In this document: positions 15,030 to 28,770 of the stretch, piece by piece
Layout: each line of letters starts with the position of its first letter
Position numbering within the stretch: position 1 is the stretch's first letter
Origin: the human T2T-CHM13v2.0 reference genome, Homo sapiens
Strand: one strand, 5' to 3'
Length of the DNA: 64,000 nucleotides
NCBI RefSeq assembly: GCF_009914755.1
Contig: NC_060948.1
The notes under the pieces: model-generated
Database searches by the model: none
The model's input: the letters and a program-made list of their open reading frames with translations, nothing else
What the model was told of the DNA's origin: nothing
Position numbers and translations under genes: made by a program

Positions 15030-17390
15030 CACTATTTCTTCATACTCTTTGTTTCACTATTCTAAGAAAATAACCTCCATATTAATATTAGGTGATGCGA
15101 CAAAGCAGGTCTTCATCATGATAAGCAACACTGGGTGTCCACACCAGTACCCAAGTGGGTCTTAATTCCCGGCCAGTTTCCCTCCCTGGGCACATACCAG
15201 AGGAGTCAGCCATTTTGCAGTCTCTTCACATTTCCTCCTCTGAGCCCAATGTGGTCCTCCAGATTCTCTGTGTAGTGGCCTCTTTTGTCTGGGTAGCAGG
15301 GAAGTGTGAGTGAAGACGGCAGAAAGGAGAAATCACGTCAGGGGAGCCTGGGTTCATCGTAACCGAAAATGATGGGCCTGGGAGAGCCATTCTGGGAGGA
15401 CGCAGACCTAGACAGGCCTTGGGGGGACATCTGCATGGAGGGTGAGAGGGCCCTGGTTGAGCCCAAACTGAGCCCCAAGTGTTAGTCAGCCTCAGGGTGG
15501 GGAAGGGAGCCAACTAGAGATGTTGAGCAAGTTATCCCTTAAGACTTGCTTCTCACCCACTGACCTTAGACACTTATGCCTCTCAGGTGACTTAAGGTGC
15601 CCTAATCCTGAAATGTGAGTGTTACAGTTCCCTGAAGTCCGTTTCTCCTTCAGCCCATGGATGGCCTGGGATTGCTCACTGCAGTCTCTTCCCTGAAGCT
15701 TGGGTTCTCCTAACCTGACCTCCTCTCTGTTCCCTCTCTAATGGCCTCCCTCCCTCGGGAAGTACTGAAGGGGATTGAGCCACAGGCCCTGGCTGATGAT
15801 CTGGGGGACTGAAGAAGGGGGTACAGGACAGGTCAGGTCATGGCTCAAAGCCAGTTCCCCAGAGGCCAAGGAATGACCAGCAAGGTTTTTCCCATGATGC
15901 CCCACCGTGGCACCCATCTCAGCAATCCTGCCGGGACCTGGGTAGCCAGGGGCAACCAACCAGCTGAAGAAGGTCAGATGTAGGTGTACTGCCTGCAGCT
16001 GGAGGCTTGACCTTCATGATCCCACAACCACTGGACTGCAGTGGAATGAGACACCCTGTTTCTTGGAGGGATAGGAATCAGGAAGGTTCATGCCAGACAT
16101 ACCCTCCCACACACAACCTCCCCTACCTTGCTGGGAGGCACTCCTTACCAAGGATGCCAACGCAGTACTCCTGAATGATCACTTCATTGTGGAAGTAAAG
16201 GCTGTTACAAAAGGAAACCTTCATCCTGATGCCAGTACCTGGGGTGGCTGAGTTCCTCCATCTACCTGGTCAAGAAGGAGAAACAGGATGGACTCAAAGG
16301 ACCATTTCATGTAGCTGGACTGAAGTGGCCTGCTAGCTGGAGTGAAGCATGTGTTTCCCCTTCTCAGCTGTCCTGCTTAGACACCCCTGGGCCCCAGGGG
16401 GACCGCAACCTCACCCAGGCACTGGACCACTCCCACAGATTCAGGCTCAGCAGCCTAACCTGCAAATCCATCATGTAGCTCAGCAGGACTTCATCATTTG
16501 TGACCCTGGTCCATATCTGGGCCCAAGTCTTGAGCACCATGTGTTTCTGGGGTAAGCCTGCTGGACACAGGCACAGGGAATAGGGGTAGTTCCATGGCTG
16601 GCATGGGCATAGAGACTCCCCTTCCTCCAGGGACTTTCCCAGGGAAATGTGCCCTTCGACTTTCTGCAGTGCATAAAGGGTCCTTTGCGCTCCTATTCTC
16701 TCTTGTGAGTGCTGTGCTTTGCTTCCTGTCCCTACTCTACGTGCTCTCAGGGCAACTGCAAGCAAGCTGCCCTCCTATCTGCAGAAGTCTGGCCTCTGCT
16801 CCCTTCATTGTTCCTCATCCCCTGACTCCTGGATGACCTCCAGTGCCTACCAGCTGGCTCCCCGCAACCCTGCTCCTGGGACCTAGGCGCCCACCCCCTG
16901 CTGCCAGCCATCCCGAATTAGCAGCTGCGAAGACATGGCTCTGGCCCGGAAACCGGGGATGCCCTGTGGCTTGAGGCATTTACAAAGCCCAGCTGCAAAT
17001 GATGGACCTCCAGCGAGTCCGTTGCGGGCCGGGGCATACTGGGGCCAGGGCCCGGCTCTGCCCAGTGGTCCTCCTGCTGCTGCTCCACGTCGGCCTCTTC
17101 CTTGGCCACCACTTCCACTTCTGTCGTGATGTCATTTACCAGGAGCACGCCTCTTCCCCCCAGGCCGCCCTCTCCCGCAGAGCCTCCAGACTTAACACGG
17201 TGCCCTCCTAGGGCTCCCACAGACCAAGGTCTGAGCCGCCCACCCCACGCCCCTGGCACCCCTAGACTCTGGGGGCCGCTCCTCGAGAGGCCCGGGGGCC
17301 TCGCCTAGCTGAGAATCACGGTCTCACACCTACGTGGACCCAGGATTCCTGGGGAGTCCCGCAGGGCCCACAGTCCGCCGCAGTCACCAT
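15030..17390 (-). pseudogene. TSPY: TSPY-family unprocessed pseudogene (copy A)
   Basis: Minus-strand peptides LLVNDITTEVEVVAKEEADVEQQQED...PGPGPSMPRPATDSLEV..LQLGFVNA (exon 1, ending ~16937) and NDEVLLSYMMDLQ (exon 2, ~16460-16520); exon 3 ~16149-16261, exon 4 ~15890-16055, exon 5 ~15720-15800. Exon-1 donor reads AT; internal deletions and frameshifts. Confidence 0.88.
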
Positions 17391-18170
17391 GAGGTCCAGA
17401 TTCCCTGCATGGTTAGCTGCATACAGGAGCCATAGGCAGAGGCCCTGGACTTCCAGAGCCCCGCTAGCAGGCACCGCGGCCGGTGGGTGCTGCACTCACA
17501 GCAGCCTCTGCGCCACCAAGGCAGTGAACACAGGTCATTGGATGGGCGACCACGGCAGCTTGTCTCTGGTGTGCCCAGGGCATAGGACAAGAGATCCTTT
17601 GGAATACCCCTGGGAGTGCAACATCCTAGGGAGGATGCATGGAACTTGGAGTCTGTATTTCCCTAGATCTGAAAGAGTCCTTGCGGGGTTTTGAATTCCG
17701 GTGCTGACGAATTCCACCCCAGGAAGGTGCCAGATGACTTTCCTCCCAGATGCCCCCTCGGCCCCACTCCCCGAAAACCACCGCCGCTGCCCTTGCCCCA
17801 GCAGGCAGGACTAGACCCTCTCTCTTGCCTCTGGATCTCCAATATTCAGTACCATCAGCCTAGCCTGCCTAATGAAGTGAGATGTTTCATGTGTTCCCTG
17901 TGAGTCAATGGCTTGCGGCACTCAGGATGCCAGTTAGGGTATAGGTCTTCCATGTCACAATTCCAAAGGGCTCACAGTCTGCGTGTGCCTGAACCCACCA
18001 CCACCTTGCACAAGCATCTTCTCAGAGGAGGACTACCGCGGGAGGATGGAGCTGCAGGCCACCCAGGGGAGGGGCTCCTCAGGAGACGCCTACCGCTCTT
18101 GCAATAATTGGCAGATGCCCACTGCCTTCCCAATGATTGGCTGGAGGTAGGCGTGATTTCCGGGCATGGC
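17390..18170. promoter_or_regulatory. GC-rich divergent promoter region between the TSPY pseudogene and the RBMY copy, with an inverted CCAAT pair
   Basis: Raised GC/CpG content at ~16900-18270; 'ccaatgattgg' at 18130-18140 just upstream of the RBMY-like first exon. Confidence 0.55.
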
Positions 18171-18954
18171 TTCCCACTCAGGCCAGCTGCAGCGGTCTTT
18201 CCTGCAGTTGGCCCTGTGGTGTCCCGAAGCCGGATGCATACGACCTGAGTGACGGGAGACCCTGAGGCTGTTTGTCCTCCTGAAAAGCACCTGTATTTTC
18301 TGTTTCTCTGGACAGGTTGGTCTCTCGGCAAGACTAGAAAGCAAAGGTTTGGGATTTTGTCTATAAAAGCGAATGGGCTTTCTATATGTGGGCTTGAATT
18401 AAGGGAGGAGACAGTGGGGAGAGAACTCCTTAGTGCTCTAAAGAAACTCATTTTTGTTAAACTCTTTGATTTTTCTTGAAGATTCTACCTTTAACTGTCG
18501 GACATATCTGACATGTGGGCAAGTTCTGGGAGATGGTGCTAAGGCGCCATTGTTTTCATGGGCACTTTTTATTAAAGCAGTTTTTCTCTGTGAATGTCGT
18601 CATAATTCAAAATACAGGCAACATACTTAACCACTGCGATTAAAAACCCGTACTTTAGTCAGCACATGTCACATATGTGATTTGCTTGGCGGGAATTATC
18701 AAATTTTGACGTATTTTAGTGTATGTAGAAGTCTGGGGCCATAAATAACCTCGGTTTAAATTTGCCTCTGTAAAGCCTGTAATTGTCTCCTTCCTTGTAT
18801 GACAGTATTTGAAACATGTTTCATGTATCTGTGGCACCTAAGTAATTTAAACCGAATAAGTGGGTGTAATGGAGTTAAATGGAGTTGGATAGACTTAAAC
18901 GAAAACAAAATAAATCTGCTTGTTATTCTACTATCTTCACACACTGACTTACTT

Positions 18955-19040
18955 TTGTAATCCTAGCATTTTGGGAAGTGCAGGTAGGAGGATGGCTTGA
19001 GGTCAGGAGTTGGAGACCAGCCTGAATAACATAATGGGCT
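18955..19040 (+). mobile_element. Alu left-arm fragment
   Basis: 'tgtaatcctagcattttgggaag...cttgaggtcaggagttggagaccagcctg'. Confidence 0.75.
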
Positions 19041-19054
19041 CCTTTACTCTATTG

Positions 19055-19430
19055 CCATTTTCGCACCAGGGACCGGTTGGTGGAAGACAATGTTTCCTCA
19101 GACAAGTGTTGCCCAGCGGAAGAAGGCAGTGAGATGGACACGTTTAGGGGTACGGGCTGGCGGCAGGGCCCCGAGGGGCACGTGGTGGGGCGGGGCTTCT
19201 GGTGGAAGAGGTGTGAGAGGGGGCAGGTGGGGCAGTGGGGCTGTCACCGGGACAGGGTGGGGCAGGAGGGGTGGGAGGCGGCTAGGGAGGTTTCCGGATG
19301 AAACTGTGCCACCTCAGGTCATCCTCAGGCGTTACATTCTCCACAGACAGGTATTACAGGTTATCCTCAGGCATTACATTCAGGCCACAGACAGGTATGG
19401 CGTGAAGGCCAGTGTTTGGGGATCCTTGAT
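19055..19430 (+). mobile_element. MER1-like (hAT-Charlie) DNA transposon remnant with expanded G-rich centre
   Basis: 'gcaccagggaccggttggtggaagacaatgtttcc' and 'ggatgaaactgtgccacctcaggtcatc' match the MER1A consensus as remembered; ends 'tttggggatccttg'. Confidence 0.7.
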
Positions 19431-19532
19431 CTATTATATATTTCAAATCACTAAAAGATGCTAAAATACTTAAAATGATCTCCCCCTAGAACATTTTAAT
19501 TAGCTTGATTTAATCTTTCATACAAATATCAC

Positions 19533-19812
19533 GCTGGGTGTGGCGGTTCACACTTGAAATCCCATCACTTTGGTAGTCCCAGGCCAGTGGACTGCTTGAG
19601 CCCAGGAGTTGGAGACCAGTTTGGGCAATATAAGGAAAACCATGTCTATTTAAAAACAAACAAACAAACAAAAAAAACACACACACACAAAAATTGCCCA
19701 GCCAGCTACTTGGGAAGCTGAAGCGTGGGAGGATCAGTTGAGTCTGGGTGGAGGAGGCTGTAGTGAGCAGTGCACTTTAGCAACAGGAGATATACATCTC
19801 AAGAAAAAAAAA
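19533..19812 (+). mobile_element. Old Alu (AluJ-like)
   Basis: 'gctgggtgtggcggttcacacttgaaatcccatcactttgg...cttgagcccaggagttggagaccag'. Confidence 0.8.
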
Positions 19813-20137
19813 TACACAAAACATCACACCATACCTCATAAATATATAGTTTTCAAATAAAATTATTTAACTGGGAGCATCCTTCATATTGCAACTTAGG
19901 AAAATTACAGTAGCTTTTCTTATCTAATTTTTATAAATTAGATTTTGTCACCTACATAATAAAATGCAGCATTTGTCCATGAAGTCAGTGCCCCTTTTGC
20001 TCTGTATGTTATGAATTTTACATATTTAAACTAAGAAATACTAAAAAGATGTTAGCCTCTGGAAGGGACTTTTACTTGAATTTCCAACACAGTATGTAAT
20101 AAAATTTTATCTTTTTAGTTTGTCTATTTTTATCTAA

Positions 20138-20284
<147 letters not shown>

Positions 20285-22125
20285 TAAAGCCATGTGTTTT
20301 GTGTGTGTGCGTGTCTCTGTTTGTGTGTATTTTCGTATGTATATTTCAATATGTTATTTAAAATATGTAGGTTATGTATGTATTTTAAAGTATGTATTTT
20401 TCAAAGTTCATTGTATACATACATTAAAATGCCTTGTGATTTGTAAACTCTTATTTTGAAGTATCTATCTGATATTTGGAAAATTCTCATAGCAGCAGGT
20501 GAAGGGTAAGAATCACTTACTGCTTAGAAAGGAAAATGAGGAAAAGTAAATGTGTTATGGAGTTAGGGAACAAACTGGAATAAAATAGGCTGACTATAGG
20601 GGTGACTTAGTATTAAGAATCATAGTAGTGATGTGAAATGCAGTTATTTTTTGGTTTGATGTAACTTTCAGATGGTTAGTAACTTGGTGAGTCCATTCTA
20701 TAAATATAAAATGTTTTTATGTATCTTAGTTCTTTTGATAAAAGGTCGAACCAGTAAGTCCAGAGATTTTGTGGTCATTATTTTTGAGAATGCTGCAGAT
20801 GCTAAGAATGCTGCCAGAGATATGAATGGAAAGGTAAGAGTCCCTTATTAATAATACTCTAATTCTGGTTTTCAGTTAACAGTATTTCTAGGTCTTTTTA
20901 GTATAACTAAAGTGTTGAAGATAGTAGAATGCCATATGGACTGAAATGCTTTAGCCATCGTCTTCTTTGTGCCATACACATGCAAGTGTATTTGGAAGGG
21001 TACTGCAATTAACATTACATAAATTAATATATGGTAACTTTTTTTCTATTTTTGTATTTCAATATGGGTGTAAATAGATTTTCAAAGGTTTCCAAGAGCA
21101 TTAAAACCTAGAAGGAACCCTCCTCTAAATGAAAGGACTAAGTTAACATTTTTTAAATGCTATCAGTGGAATTACTTCCAATTCATGGAAATACTTCTAT
21201 AGCATATACAAACTGTGGATAGACATCTAGACAGACTCACAGGAAGGAAAGATTCTCTCCCATTTTCTGCAAATATATTCTTGAGAAAGTACATTTAAAT
21301 AAGACCTTCACATTTAAGGATGTGTTAAGTACTTGAAAATAGAAAACAATATCAGAACATTGAAGTTGGACAACAGAAGAAGTAACTGGCATTTTTTGCC
21401 CCATCCTTGCTCTTTTCTCCTAAGGATGTTTTTTTTCCTGTCACCAGAGTGATTTATGTAACATGAATACCTAATTGCTCATTTTCCCAATGTGTTTGAG
21501 AACGTGTTTTGATCAAACCAATGGTCTCTTGTCCAATTGAGTCTTAAATCTAGGGATTGTGTGTTTACTAAAGCTTTAAAATTTTATGTAATTCTATTAA
21601 CTATTGAATTCCTTTACATTCTAGTCAAGATCATTCCATTCTGGGCCCTTTAGAGCTTTTCTGCTTTCTAACATTATCCAAATCTGTTTTTCTGCTTTAT
21701 AACATTATCCAAATCTGTTTTTAGCTCCTGTCACTCTTTATGGTACCCCTAAAATGATTTTTTGGACTTTTTGACAATTATTCTTTCCTATGTATGTCTC
21801 AGAAATAACAATTCATCCTTCAAAAACAACTTCAATTTTCTATTTTCTTCCTCGTTGCAAATCGTAGATATTTTATACTCACTGTACCATGTATTAATCT
21901 ATTGATGGTTAAATTGTCTACAGTGCATATTTAAGGCTTCCTAGTTGCTTTTATTTTTGTTGCATCTAGTAGAGTTGCTGACACATAGCAGAAAGTACAT
22001 TTTTATTCACTCTTATAAATTAGTATTTTAAGCTGTGGTAGAAACCCAGAGTAAATTTGTGGTAGTTGTGGAGATAATTTTTACTTACGTATAGTAATCT
22101 ATGATAATTTCCTTTTCCCCCCTAG

Positions 22126-22466
<341 letters not shown>

Positions 22467-24504
22467 AATGCTATTTCTGAATTACTTCATCTCACATATT
22501 TTATTGTGTAAACATAAATATGAAGTTATATGCACATAAATGTTAAGACGGCCAACAAAGGAGGTTCTTAGAGTTATCAGGGGCAATTAACAGTTTAAGG
22601 AATTTTGACTGACTTTGAAACACTGGGAAGGAAGCAGCCATGCGCAAATCTGGGGAAAATATTTTGGGCCCAGAAATAACAGCAGAAGTTTCAAGGTAGG
22701 AACAACTGGCAATTTGGCTGCAAGAGGTCTTGTAAGGGATTTAAGATCTTCCCCCAAATAACAAAAAACATGTAATTTTAAAATAGAGTTATTTATTATC
22801 TGAACTGTTTTCAAAAATTACTTTGGCCTATAGAAAAGATCATACTGAAAAATGTTACTGTGAAATTAATTAGCACATTTAAGCATTTCTGAGAAACAAC
22901 ATGAAGTACTATATTAAGAGTCATTTTTTAGGGGCACGTCTAAGGCAAAATAAGAAATGAATAAGGCAAGAAACCTTAATGAGATCAAACAAGGATCACA
23001 TTTACAGAAACGTTTCTAGAGTAAATATAAAATTATAAATCATATGGGGATATTTTACGTAAGTGTTAGCAGATCAAACAAGAAACAACTCATATGACTA
23101 ATGTGACTAATCATTTTGAATAAGTAACCTCATTTTTTTAAATGACACAAGTTTCCTTGGGACACTGAAACTTTTAAATCAGTGATGCGAATACAAAGAT
23201 GAAGTGGATGATATATTGTAAAAAAAAGACATGCCACATTCTTCCATAGAATGTGTGATGGGTTAATCTTTTTTGTTTGAGGTGTTTTTTTTTTTTTAAT
23301 AATTGAGGAGTTTTCAAGGAATTTGAATAATAGAATTTGTGTTTGATCCCTTAATGGAAGGCGTGTGTTCAGTAAATGTCTCAAATTTGGTATTGTGAAA
23401 GACGTGTTCATTTTAGGAGGAAAAAAATTTGCTTTGGGAGAAAATATCTAGAATTGAACTATAGTTGATGTAGAAATGTTTGTAAAATGTGCTTAGGTTT
23501 AATCTTGCCAACGTTATTGATAGTACTCTTAATACTTTTAGTCTTTGGATGGAAAAGAAATAAAAGTAGAACAAGCAAAGAAACCATCTTTTCCAAGTGG
23601 TGGTAGGCGGAGACCACCACCTTCTTCAAGAAACAGAAGCCCTTCAGGAAGTCTGAGATCTGCAAGAGGAAGTAGTGGAGGAACAAGACCGTGGCTGCCC
23701 TCACATGAAGGACACTTGGGTAATGTTCTAAAATATAAAGATGGAACCATAGGACTGAAAGAAAATAAGTTTGAAGATATCAAAATTTCCCAATTTTATT
23801 TATTTTGGGAAATTTACTTATTGGTAAGAAGTAATTTTCTTATTGATAAGAAAATTAACTTATTGATAAGAAGCAAAATTATTTCTAAGTACTAAAGGTG
23901 TATTATAAGAATGATTGCACTAATATCTAAAATTTGTTTTAAAATTGTAATAAGTTTGCATTGAAATAACACAAATTTCAAACTGAATTGAGTTTATGAA
24001 TGCTGATTGCCTGTACTCAACAGGTTTTCTGAAGAACTCATTTATATTAATTATACTTCATAGAGTTTTCTACTTTGGGGCCCAGAACTTCATATCGGTT
24101 GTATTATCAAAATACAATGGAATATTTAAAACTTTCCAACAGGAAAAAAAGTAATTCAGTACTTAGGATTGATTTTCCAATATTTGTTTTTTTTTGTGTA
24201 TACATGTGCAAACATGTATGCAAATCTATTGCTTTGTAATTTTCATATGGAGAGTTTGTACATTGGCCTGCCATAAAGCATTTTCAATTTAAGAAACGTA
24301 GAACTTTAATTTCTAAAAAAAGTCTATGACTCTGGAAAGGACAAAACACCACTGCTTCACAGATATGTATGTATCTTTCTTGCTGGAAGGTGAGTCACTG
24401 AAAATGGTATTTATGAGTGATTTACACAGTAGAAATGAGGGGTCAATTTCTACATAAAAAAGAAAAACAAACTATGTATTTAAAAATATATATATATATT
24501 GGAT

Positions 24505-24810
24505 GGGGGTGGGCGAGGTGGGTCACGCCTGTCATCTCAGCACTTGGGGAGTATGGGGTGGGTGGACCACGAGGTCAGGAGTTCCAGACCAGCCTGGCAA
24601 CCATGGTGCAAACTGTCTGTCCTAAAAATACAAAAAATTAGCTTGGCATGGTGGCACATACTTCTAATCTTAGCTACTCGGGAGGCTGAGGCAGGAGAAT
24701 CACTGGAACCTGGGAGGGAGAAGCTGCAGTGAGCTGACATAATGCCATTGTACTCCCACCTGGGCAATAGGGCAAGAGTCCATCTCAATCAATCAATCAA
24801 TCAATCAACC
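24505..24810 (+). mobile_element. AluS with (AATC)n tail
   Basis: 'cacgaggtcaggagttccagaccagcctggcaaccatggtg...gaggctgaggcaggagaatcac'. Confidence 0.9.
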
Positions 24811-26209
24811 TATTGGTTAACATATTATCTATTAACCAACCTTCAAAAATCGATCTTTAATTTTGTGTTTTAATGACCAGATGTGTAATTAATTGGAGAT
24901 GTGTTTTTAAAGTTGAAATTGCAGTGTTTGCTGCATTTTACGATGCATAGCTTCATGGTAATTTTGTCTCCACTGATCTTGAGGGTGAGATTCAATAATA
25001 CTCTGCCATGTATGAGAATGTGCGTACTCTAACCTGTAACACCACCTAGTAATTGGCATATATCTACAGATTTGTAGATATATAAATATTTTTATATTAT
25101 TTAATAAGCAATTCTTAAAGATTATTAAAATTTAGCATAGTCTAATCTGAAAATTAGTGTTTCACAAGGAAATTGTAAGAATTCTATACTATGTTAACAA
25201 ATTTTAGAGATAATATATTTTCCTGATGTGTCACCTTTTGATATTGCAAATATTTGAGTTTCTTTGAATGGAATTTAGTTTATCTTTTTGATATGCTTTG
25301 AAAATTTTTCCTCATAATAGAATGATATAAACAGTCATTTATCATTTTTTAATATTTTTTCTTTATGTATATTATACTTAGATATTTTACTGATAGATTT
25401 CTGCTCCCTGTTCACTCCCCATTTTTCCCACATCTCTCTCTCACACCAATATATTATAATTCTTGAGTTTCCTTCTAGATTTTCTAAACAGACTTTTATT
25501 GCTTGAATTGTACTAATTTCATATAGAAATGTTAATTTTATTAGTTTAGACAAATGTGAATTTGTAACATTATAATATGTAGAAAAACAACAAAACTTAG
25601 CCATTCAAGAAACAGTGATGCTAGTTAACTAAAATGATTTTGTTTGAAATACAGATGATGGTGGATACGCTCTTGATCTCAACACGAGTTCTTCTAGGGG
25701 AGCCATTCCAATTAAAAGAGGTCCATCTTCACGAAGTGGAGGTCCTCCTCCTAAAACATCTGCTCCTTCTGCTATGGCAAGAAGCAATAGTTGGATGGGA
25801 GGCCAAGGTAAATGCTACCTGATAAAAGACCATATTTTTTGTATGACTAAAAATGAGCTATTTTAACTGGATTCTTAAATTTAAGTTCATTGAACAAAAC
25901 AGAAGTGACACATCATTGGGCATAATTACTGATCAATAGCTTTTATTATACTTTCTATCTCACTAGGTACACTCAGATTTATGTTGAAGAAATACTCGAG
26001 CTTCTCACTGCAGTTGAAAGAAGTGATTAGAGTGAGGCCAACATTCCTCTTAATCCTGTGTTTGCTAGATAATTCCCCTTAATTTTTCTAAAAGTCCCTA
26101 GCAGTATTCTTTGATGATAGGCTTCTTCTTCTAATGAATTCTTCCATTTCCTAGGTCCCCTGGTAGTGGTCCCCTGGCAAGCCAATTGAAAAATTGCTTG
26201 TTCAGTTTC

Positions 26210-26500
26210 TTTATTGGGTTGGAGTCTTGCTCTTACCAGGTCAGAGTGCATTGGTGAAATGATGGCTTACTACAGCCTCAAAATCCTGGGCTCAAACAAT
26301 TATCCTGTTTCAGCCTCCTGAGTTGCTGCAACTACAGGCATGCACCACCACACCTAGCTAATTTTTTTTTCCTGTATTTTTGTAGACAGAGGATGTCACT
26401 ACATTGTCAAAACTGACATAAAAGCCAGCGGCTCAAGCAGTCCAGCTGTCTCTGCCTTCCACACTGACTCGCACTGTGAGCTGCTGAGCCTGACCATCCA
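26210..26500 (-). mobile_element. Old Alu (AluJ-like)
   Basis: 'ggagtcttgctcttaccagg...cctgggctcaaacaattatcctgtttcagcctcctgag'. Confidence 0.8.
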
Positions 26501-27954
26501 GCTTCTGAGACCTCAATAATGTTTATGTGCAAGGCATTCTTACTGCTTCTATGAAGATTCAAAAGAACTACAAGAGCATTTAGCAGAAAAGGAGTCACTG
26601 GGCTTACCTATTATTTAAAAATAAAATCAAGTCTTGAAAGGTAGACATGAAGGAGTCCAATATTCTTAAATTAAGTGGATATCATAGAAGTGCAGAGATG
26701 TGAAATATAAGGTCATGTAAATCAATAATTAAGATTTTACCGGGATGTTTAAACATTAACACAAGATCCTTAGCGTAAGACTGGAAATTATTTGAGGAGA
26801 GAATTTAGAACTAAGCAACCTGAGGTGAGCGGTAGGATTGAATAGAAGTAATATTTTTGAGAAGGAGAATTGTTAAGATTGCAGACAGAACAGAAGAAAG
26901 CAAGACAGTAAATAAAAGTTCTTAGCAAAGAAGTTTAGGCAGAACAAATTAAAATTCTTACTTAGTCCTCCACCCCAATATGGAGGAAATTGAAAACTGC
27001 TGTTTTCAATTTTACATTTCATATGTAGAGTATCGGTGAAATTAGATATTTATTGACTTCAGCATACATAAGCCAACACATTTCCATTGGAAAATTAGCC
27101 AGTGAACATATCATAGGTGAAAGACTGACCTCTAAGGAATAGCACATAAAGAGTATATTAAAGGAGAACATTTTCTATTTTGAAATAGCAACAATGTCGT
27201 AATGACCCCTTTAACAGGATTGCTTATTGCAGTAAAAGTAAATCTTGGCCATCATTAGAAAGTTTTCACTAGTATATTTCAATTTGTCAACATTTAAGGT
27301 AGAGCCAACCACTTAGAGATAAAGAAGACCTTTTATGTAAAAATTTAGCATCCAATCATTCAAAGGTAGCATCATTTGTGTGTGTGAGGTGGATTGAACA
27401 ACATAGGAAAATTTACCTTCTTCAGCTGAGAAGGGACAATGGATGTAAACTTAAAAATCTGTGAAGAGTTTGGTGCTTTTACATGTCTTCCCTGTATCAT
27501 TGGTAGTCATCAGTAATTCATATGAAAGGAAAAACAATAACTAACTAGTTATTTACCATTACAGATGAACTTTTACCTAAGAATTAATGTCTGTCTTCAG
27601 CTCTGTTAGAAGAACTGGCCTTGCAGTAGCCATGGGATTATCCAAAGCCATAAGAAATATTCACAGTGTCATGACTTTCTAGTAATTTAGGGAATGAAAA
27701 ATGGAGTCATAGTGGAGTCATAGAAGAAATAATTTTAAAAAGTTGTTTGAGAGAAGAGAAAATAGTATTTCGGATTTGCTGTTCTTTCCCTGTTTCATCA
27801 TTTTAATATTAAAGGTCCCATATCACGTGGAAGAGAGAATTATGGAGGTCCTCCATGCAGAGAGCCAATCTCTTCCTGGAGAAATGACCGTATGTCACCA
27901 AGAGATGATGGTTATGCAATTAAGGAAAGGTAAAGAAAATATTTTTTAGAAGTT

Positions 27955-28770
27955 GATTTTTTTTGTTATGGTGATGAAATTCACATAATAAAATTAAATA
28001 TTATAAGGTAAACAGGTGGCATTAAATACATCCTGTGTTGTGCAGCAGCTAACTCCATCAAGTTCCAAAACATTTTCATGACTACAAACTAAAACTCCAG
28101 CTACCAGTTAAGCAGTCCCTTTCATTTTCTTCCTTCCCTCAGCTACTGGCAAACATCAGTCTTTGCTCTGCCTCTGAACTTACATGTTGTGGGCATTTAA
28201 TGTTAATGGGCTTATACACTACATGACTTTTTGTATCTGTCTCCTTTCCTTTTGTATCATGTCCCGAAGTTTCATTTACATCATAGCACTTAAATCCTTC
28301 CACAAGCGGTTAACCCATTATTTTATTTGGGTTGTTTCTACCACAGTATTTCTATGCTCCAGTATTTGTTTGAGTACACTTATTCAATTCTGGGTGTATA
28401 TATAAATGGAATTGCTTGGTTCTGTAATAATTATGTTTGTTTTCTTGAGGAAACACCACATGTCTCCATAGCAGCTGCATCATTTTCCCTTCCAACTAGC
28501 ATTGTATCAAGGTTCCAATTTATCTTCACCCTCTCAAACACTTGCTATTTCCTGCTTTTTATTGCCATTCTAGTGTGTGTGGGAAGTATGGTATCTCACT
28601 TTGGATTTGAAATGCTTTTTCTGAATCACCGATTATGAGTATCTGTTCCATGTGCTTTTTGGGCATTTGCCTATTTTATTTGGAGAAATATCTGTTTAGA
28701 TGTTTGGCCTTTTAATTTTGTTTAAGTTGTAAGTTAGTTATGTTTTGGATACTAGAAGTTGAAAATTTAA
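27955..28770 (-). mobile_element. Old L1 (L1M-type) 3' fragment in an RBMY intron
   Basis: 'aattgcttggttctgtaataat...cagctgcatcatttt...tatggtatctcacttt...ggcatttgcctattttatttggagaaatatctgtttagat'. Confidence 0.7.

Noticed and set aside
17913-18451. FAM197Y-like or other coding gene in ORFs 17913-18107 and 17972-18451
   Set aside because: No recognisable protein; the region is better explained as GC-rich promoter and RBMY exon 1. Similarity to FAM197Y could not be tested.
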